Shown piece by piece: positions 60,867-64,000 of a stretch of DNA of 64,000 nucleotides. The position numbers and the translations under genes were made by a program. Origin of the DNA: Candidatus Marinacidobacterales bacterium. GTDB lineage: Bacteria > Acidobacteriota > Vicinamibacteria > Marinacidobacterales > SMYC01. Location: NCBI GenBank assembly GCA_965224085.1, contig CBDCYI010000011.1:800001-864000 (forward strand). Direction: 5' to 3'. Each line of letters opens with the position of its first letter. Position 1 is the stretch's first letter. The notes under the pieces are model-generated. The model saw nothing but the letters and a program-made list of their open reading frames with translations, did not search any database and was not told the DNA's origin.

Positions 60867-62816
60867 TTGACGAAGAACGAGCGCGGCTACACATTGCTCG
60901 AGGTGCTCATAGCGCTCGGGATCACGCTCGTTGTGATGGCGCTCGTCGCGAGAACGCTCCAAGATGTCGCGCGCATCTTTCGCGCGCAAAGTGATATCGC
61001 TGTTGCCTCGTCCAGCATCACACGTGCGCTCGACGACATCGGCTACGAGCTCACGCTTGCCGGGCAAGGAATAGGTGAAGGCGTCGTCGCGGTAATGCCG
61101 CGCATGCCGGGCGGCGAGGTGAGCTCGTCCGTCCTGACCGTGCGCTCGAACCCGAACCTCACCGCGGGCTATCTCACGTTGGGCCCCGTCGAGACAGACA
61201 CGGAGCTCGCTTTCACGGGCGCGGACGCTTTCGAGCCGGGCGAGACGGTGTTGCTGACGGATGCGCGACGGACCAACGAAGTCGCGGAGGTCGTCCAGCG
61301 GTCGCCGCTTTGGATGAAGCTTCGCTCGCTCGAGACGACGAGTGGCGACTTCCGTTACCGTTTCACCCAGAACGCGGCCACCCGTGCACTGGGGCTGCGC
61401 GAAGTTCGCTATTATTTGCGTGCGTCCGGGGAGGGTGAAGGGAAGGAGCTCGTCAAGGACGTTACGGGTGTGACGAGCCGTGTGCTCGCGCGCGACATCA
61501 TTGGGCTGACGTTCGTCTATCTCGACGCAAACGGGGAGGTCATTACCGCGGCCAAAGTCGAAGATGAGTATCCCGAGCTCGAGACGATAAGGTTGAAGCT
61601 CCAATACTCGGTTAAGACGGGCGCGCTCGAGCCGCTCTCGATTGTGACCGCCGTTTCTTTGAGACCCGCGTCGGGCACGGTGGATCTTGAGCGTCCTGAT
61701 ATCGGGTTCCGGCTGTCGCGGATCATGTACCCGCTCGACCATCCCATAGCCGTTGTGTCTCGTCCCGCCGCGGATCGGGGCGCTGTCGTGGCTGCGGGCA
61801 CGAATCCGCGCCAAGATCCGAGCTATGTCTACACATTCCAAATGGAGCAGCCGTTCATGGGCGCGACCGTGGACAGCGTTGCTTTTTTCGAAGACGTACG
61901 TGGACCGGTCGCGGCGGTTCTCGGGCCCGAGCGAGGACCGCTCGCGGGCTCTTTGTTCGTCGCGGCGGCGGGCTTTCGAATCGGCCACATTACCCGAATG
62001 GTGCCCGACGAGAACGGAGACTTCTCGAGCGAGTCCGAGGTCATTCCGTTCGATGGAACGGACGCCATCGCCCAGGCTTCTGGGATGGCCTTCGGCGTCG
62101 AAGGCGCGCTCTATGTGATGAGCCAGGAAAAAGGGGCGATCTATCGCTATCGATTCGACGGCGCGGGAAAACCTGGAAAGCCCGAGCGGCTGTTCGGCTT
62201 GACGGGAACGCCAGGTCCGGTCGTCGAAGGCAGCGACGGGCATCTTTACTTCCTCATGCAACACGGTGAGCGCGGGAGTGTGTGGCGGATGGCGTTTGAT
62301 GAAACGCTCGAGCCGGTCGAGCCCGAGCTCGTGGGTAGGCTCGATGGAGCGGGCGTTTCGCTAGCACGCGATCCTGTGGAAGGCAGCTTGGTTTGTCTCG
62401 TGCGCGTCAAGAACGGTGACTTCGTGATCTTGGAATTGAGTCGCCTGTGGCTCCGTGAGGCCGACGTTTCGGAGAGAGTGCCGCGGGAGGATCCGCCGGT
62501 GCTCTTTTCGCTACGTGACTGGGTGACGAAGCTCGAAGAAGGCCGCCTCGAGCCGGGCGAGATTCCATTCTCGCTCGGTGAGCTTGCTCAAAAAATGGGC
62601 GTGCTGCGCATCGACAGTCTCGACTTCCTGTCCTTCGACTCACTCGGCTCCCTGTACATGGGAGCGATGGAGGAAAACCTTGTTCTGAAGTTCCAGCTCG
62701 CACGGCCTTCGCGCCGCTACGCAGTGGGTGTCGCTGCCGGCGTGGTCGAGCGCGGCGCGGGACTGAGCCCCATGGTTCGGATCCATGCTTGGCGCGAGAG
62801 AGTGCCGGGGCTCTAG
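60867..62816 (+). CDS. Prepilin-type (PilW-like) protein with a C-terminal beta-propeller-like extension
   Basis: ERG|YTLLEVLIAL class III signal; C-terminal GMAFGVEGALYV, GSDGHLYF and FDSLGSLYM blades. Confidence 0.8.
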   Translation: MTKNERGYTLLEVLIALGITLVVMALVARTLQDVARIFRAQSDIAVASSSITRALDDIGYELTLAGQGIGEGVVAVMPRMPGGEVSSSVLTVRSNPNLTAGYLTLGPVETDTELAFTGADAFEPGETVLLTDARRTNEVAEVVQRSPLWMKLRSLETTSGDFRYRFTQNAATRALGLREVRYYLRASGEGEGKELVKDVTGVTSRVLARDIIGLTFVYLDANGEVITAAKVEDEYPELETIRLKLQYSVKTGALEPLSIVTAVSLRPASGTVDLERPDIGFRLSRIMYPLDHPIAVVSRPAADRGAVVAAGTNPRQDPSYVYTFQMEQPFMGATVDSVAFFEDVRGPVAAVLGPERGPLAGSLFVAAAGFRIGHITRMVPDENGDFSSESEVIPFDGTDAIAQASGMAFGVEGALYVMSQEKGAIYRYRFDGAGKPGKPERLFGLTGTPGPVVEGSDGHLYFLMQHGERGSVWRMAFDETLEPVEPELVGRLDGAGVSLARDPVEGSLVCLVRVKNGDFVILELSRLWLREADVSERVPREDPPVLFSLRDWVTKLEEGRLEPGEIPFSLGELAQKMGVLRIDSLDFLSFDSLGSLYMGAMEENLVLKFQLARPSRRYAVGVAAGVVERGAGLSPMVRIHAWRERVPGL

Positions 62817-62858
62817 ATGCAAAAAAGTGAACGCGGTAGTGCTCTCATCGTCGTGCTT
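62817..62858 (+). pseudogene. PilX-like minor pilin, truncated after 14 codons
   Basis: MQKSERG|SALIVVL starts immediately after the PilW-like stop and is followed by transposase sequence. Confidence 0.7.
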
Positions 62859-62859
62859 C

Positions 62860-64000
62860 ATCGCGTCGAAACGATGTCGCGAACGCGATCTGGTTATCGC
62901 CATGATTGCCGAGCAACTCATTCATCCCAGCTCGAAGTTGGGCACGACACGACTGTGGCACACGACAACGCTGGCGCAAGAGCTCGGCGTGGTCGATGCG
63001 GACGAAGATGATCTCTATGCGGCAATGGATTGGTTGATCCAGCGCCAGTCTCGGATCGAAAAGAAGCTGGCGAGTCGACACCTTTCCGAGGGTGCACAGG
63101 TGCTTTACGATGTGAGCAGTAGCTACTATGAAGGACGCACCTGTCCACTGGCTCTTTTCGGCTACGGCCGAGATGGTAAAAAGGGCAAACCCATCGTTGT
63201 CTATGGAGTGTTAACGGACCACGAAGGACGTCCCGTGGCCGTGGAGGTCTACCCGGGGAACACAGGGGATCCGACGACACTGCCGGATCAAGTACAAAAG
63301 CTTCGTGAGCGTTTTGAGCTTCAACAGGTGGTGCTGGTTGGTGACCGGGGCTTGCTCACTCAGACTCAGATTAAGGCTCTAAGGCAATACCCAGGACTTG
63401 GCTGGATCTCAGCCTTGCGTTCGACAGCGATTCGCAAACTACTGGACACGGAGTGTTTGCAGCTGTCGCTGTTCGACCAAAAAAACCTGGCGGAGATCAC
63501 TTCTATTGATTTTCCCGGTGAGCGACTGATTGCTTGCTACAACCCTCTGCTGGCCGAAGAGAGGCGAAGGAAGCGCCAGGCCCTGCTTGAAGCGACCGAG
63601 GCCAAGTTCGACAAGATCCGCCGACAGGTTGCCCGGCGAACGAAAACTCCTTTGGACAAAGCTGAAATTGGCAAGAAGGTCGGAAAGGTGCTCAACCATT
63701 ACAAAGTGGGCAAGCACTTCACACTGAAGATCGAAGATAGCCTTTTTAGCTACAGCAGACGCGAGGAAAGCATTCGCCGAGAATCGGAACGCGACGGCAT
63801 CTACGTAATCCGCACCAGCGAGCCGCTTGAGCATCTCTCGGCCGAGGACACCGTGCGCAGCTACAAGCGGCTCTCTCAGGTTGAACAAGCCTTTCGTTGT
63901 TTGAAGGGCATCGACCTGTTAGTACGACCCATCCGCCATCGCGATGCCCAACGCGTGCGGGCACACATCTTCTTGTGCTTGCTCGCCTACTATGTGCAAT
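62860..64000 (+). mobile_element. IS1634-family transposase, 5'-truncated, runs off the window
   Basis: Manual translation RERDLVIAMI...LYAAMDWL...LYDVSSSYYEG...GYGRDGKKG...GNTGD...VGDRG...DGIYVIRTS...YKRL.QVEQAFR..K...RPIRH...VRAHIFLC. Confidence 0.92.

Noticed and set aside
60843-62264. Long antisense or alternate-frame ORFs (also 6205-7236, 18729-19667, 37287-38486)
   Set aside because: Shadow ORFs expected at high GC; they overlap well-supported genes and have no motifs.

Overview
GC-rich bacterial chromosomal window, probably Acidobacteriota. The evidence is an acidobacterial-type VWA protein, a TamB-BamA fusion, and Ser/Thr kinase and ankyrin remnants; Na+-coupled transporters hint at a saline habitat. 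Intact genes include an NSS transporter, a K+-dependent membrane pyrophosphatase, an ATP-dependent DNA ligase, ppc, an Elp3-type radical SAM/acetyltransferase, HtpX, the thrA-asd-thrB-thrC operon with a beta-CASP nuclease, a GGDEF protein, a pseudo-receiver/coiled-coil protein, a macrodomain protein and a minor pilin. About a dozen gene shards and chimeric deletion scars lie between them. Mobile DNA comprises an IS110-family (IS1111-type) element splitting a class-V aminotransferase, an IS1182 element carrying an AbrB-like ORF, a 5'-truncated IS1634 transposase and a 165-bp CTAG-bounded hairpin MITE. Three observations stand out. (1) A five-gene putative organoarsenical pathway at 17.9-22.75 kb: DUF2064 protein, flavoprotein, ArsS-like radical SAM, metallophosphoesterase and ArsM-like methyltransferase. 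(2) A C-terminal RAPP motif on the first gene of that operon whose codons can pair with the next gene's Shine-Dalgarno, a candidate ribosome-stalling switch. (3) An IS1111 non-coding end in which all four bridge/seek-RNA guide segments can be read and match the actual insertion site and donor junction. All family calls come from motif recognition by eye; no database searches were run.
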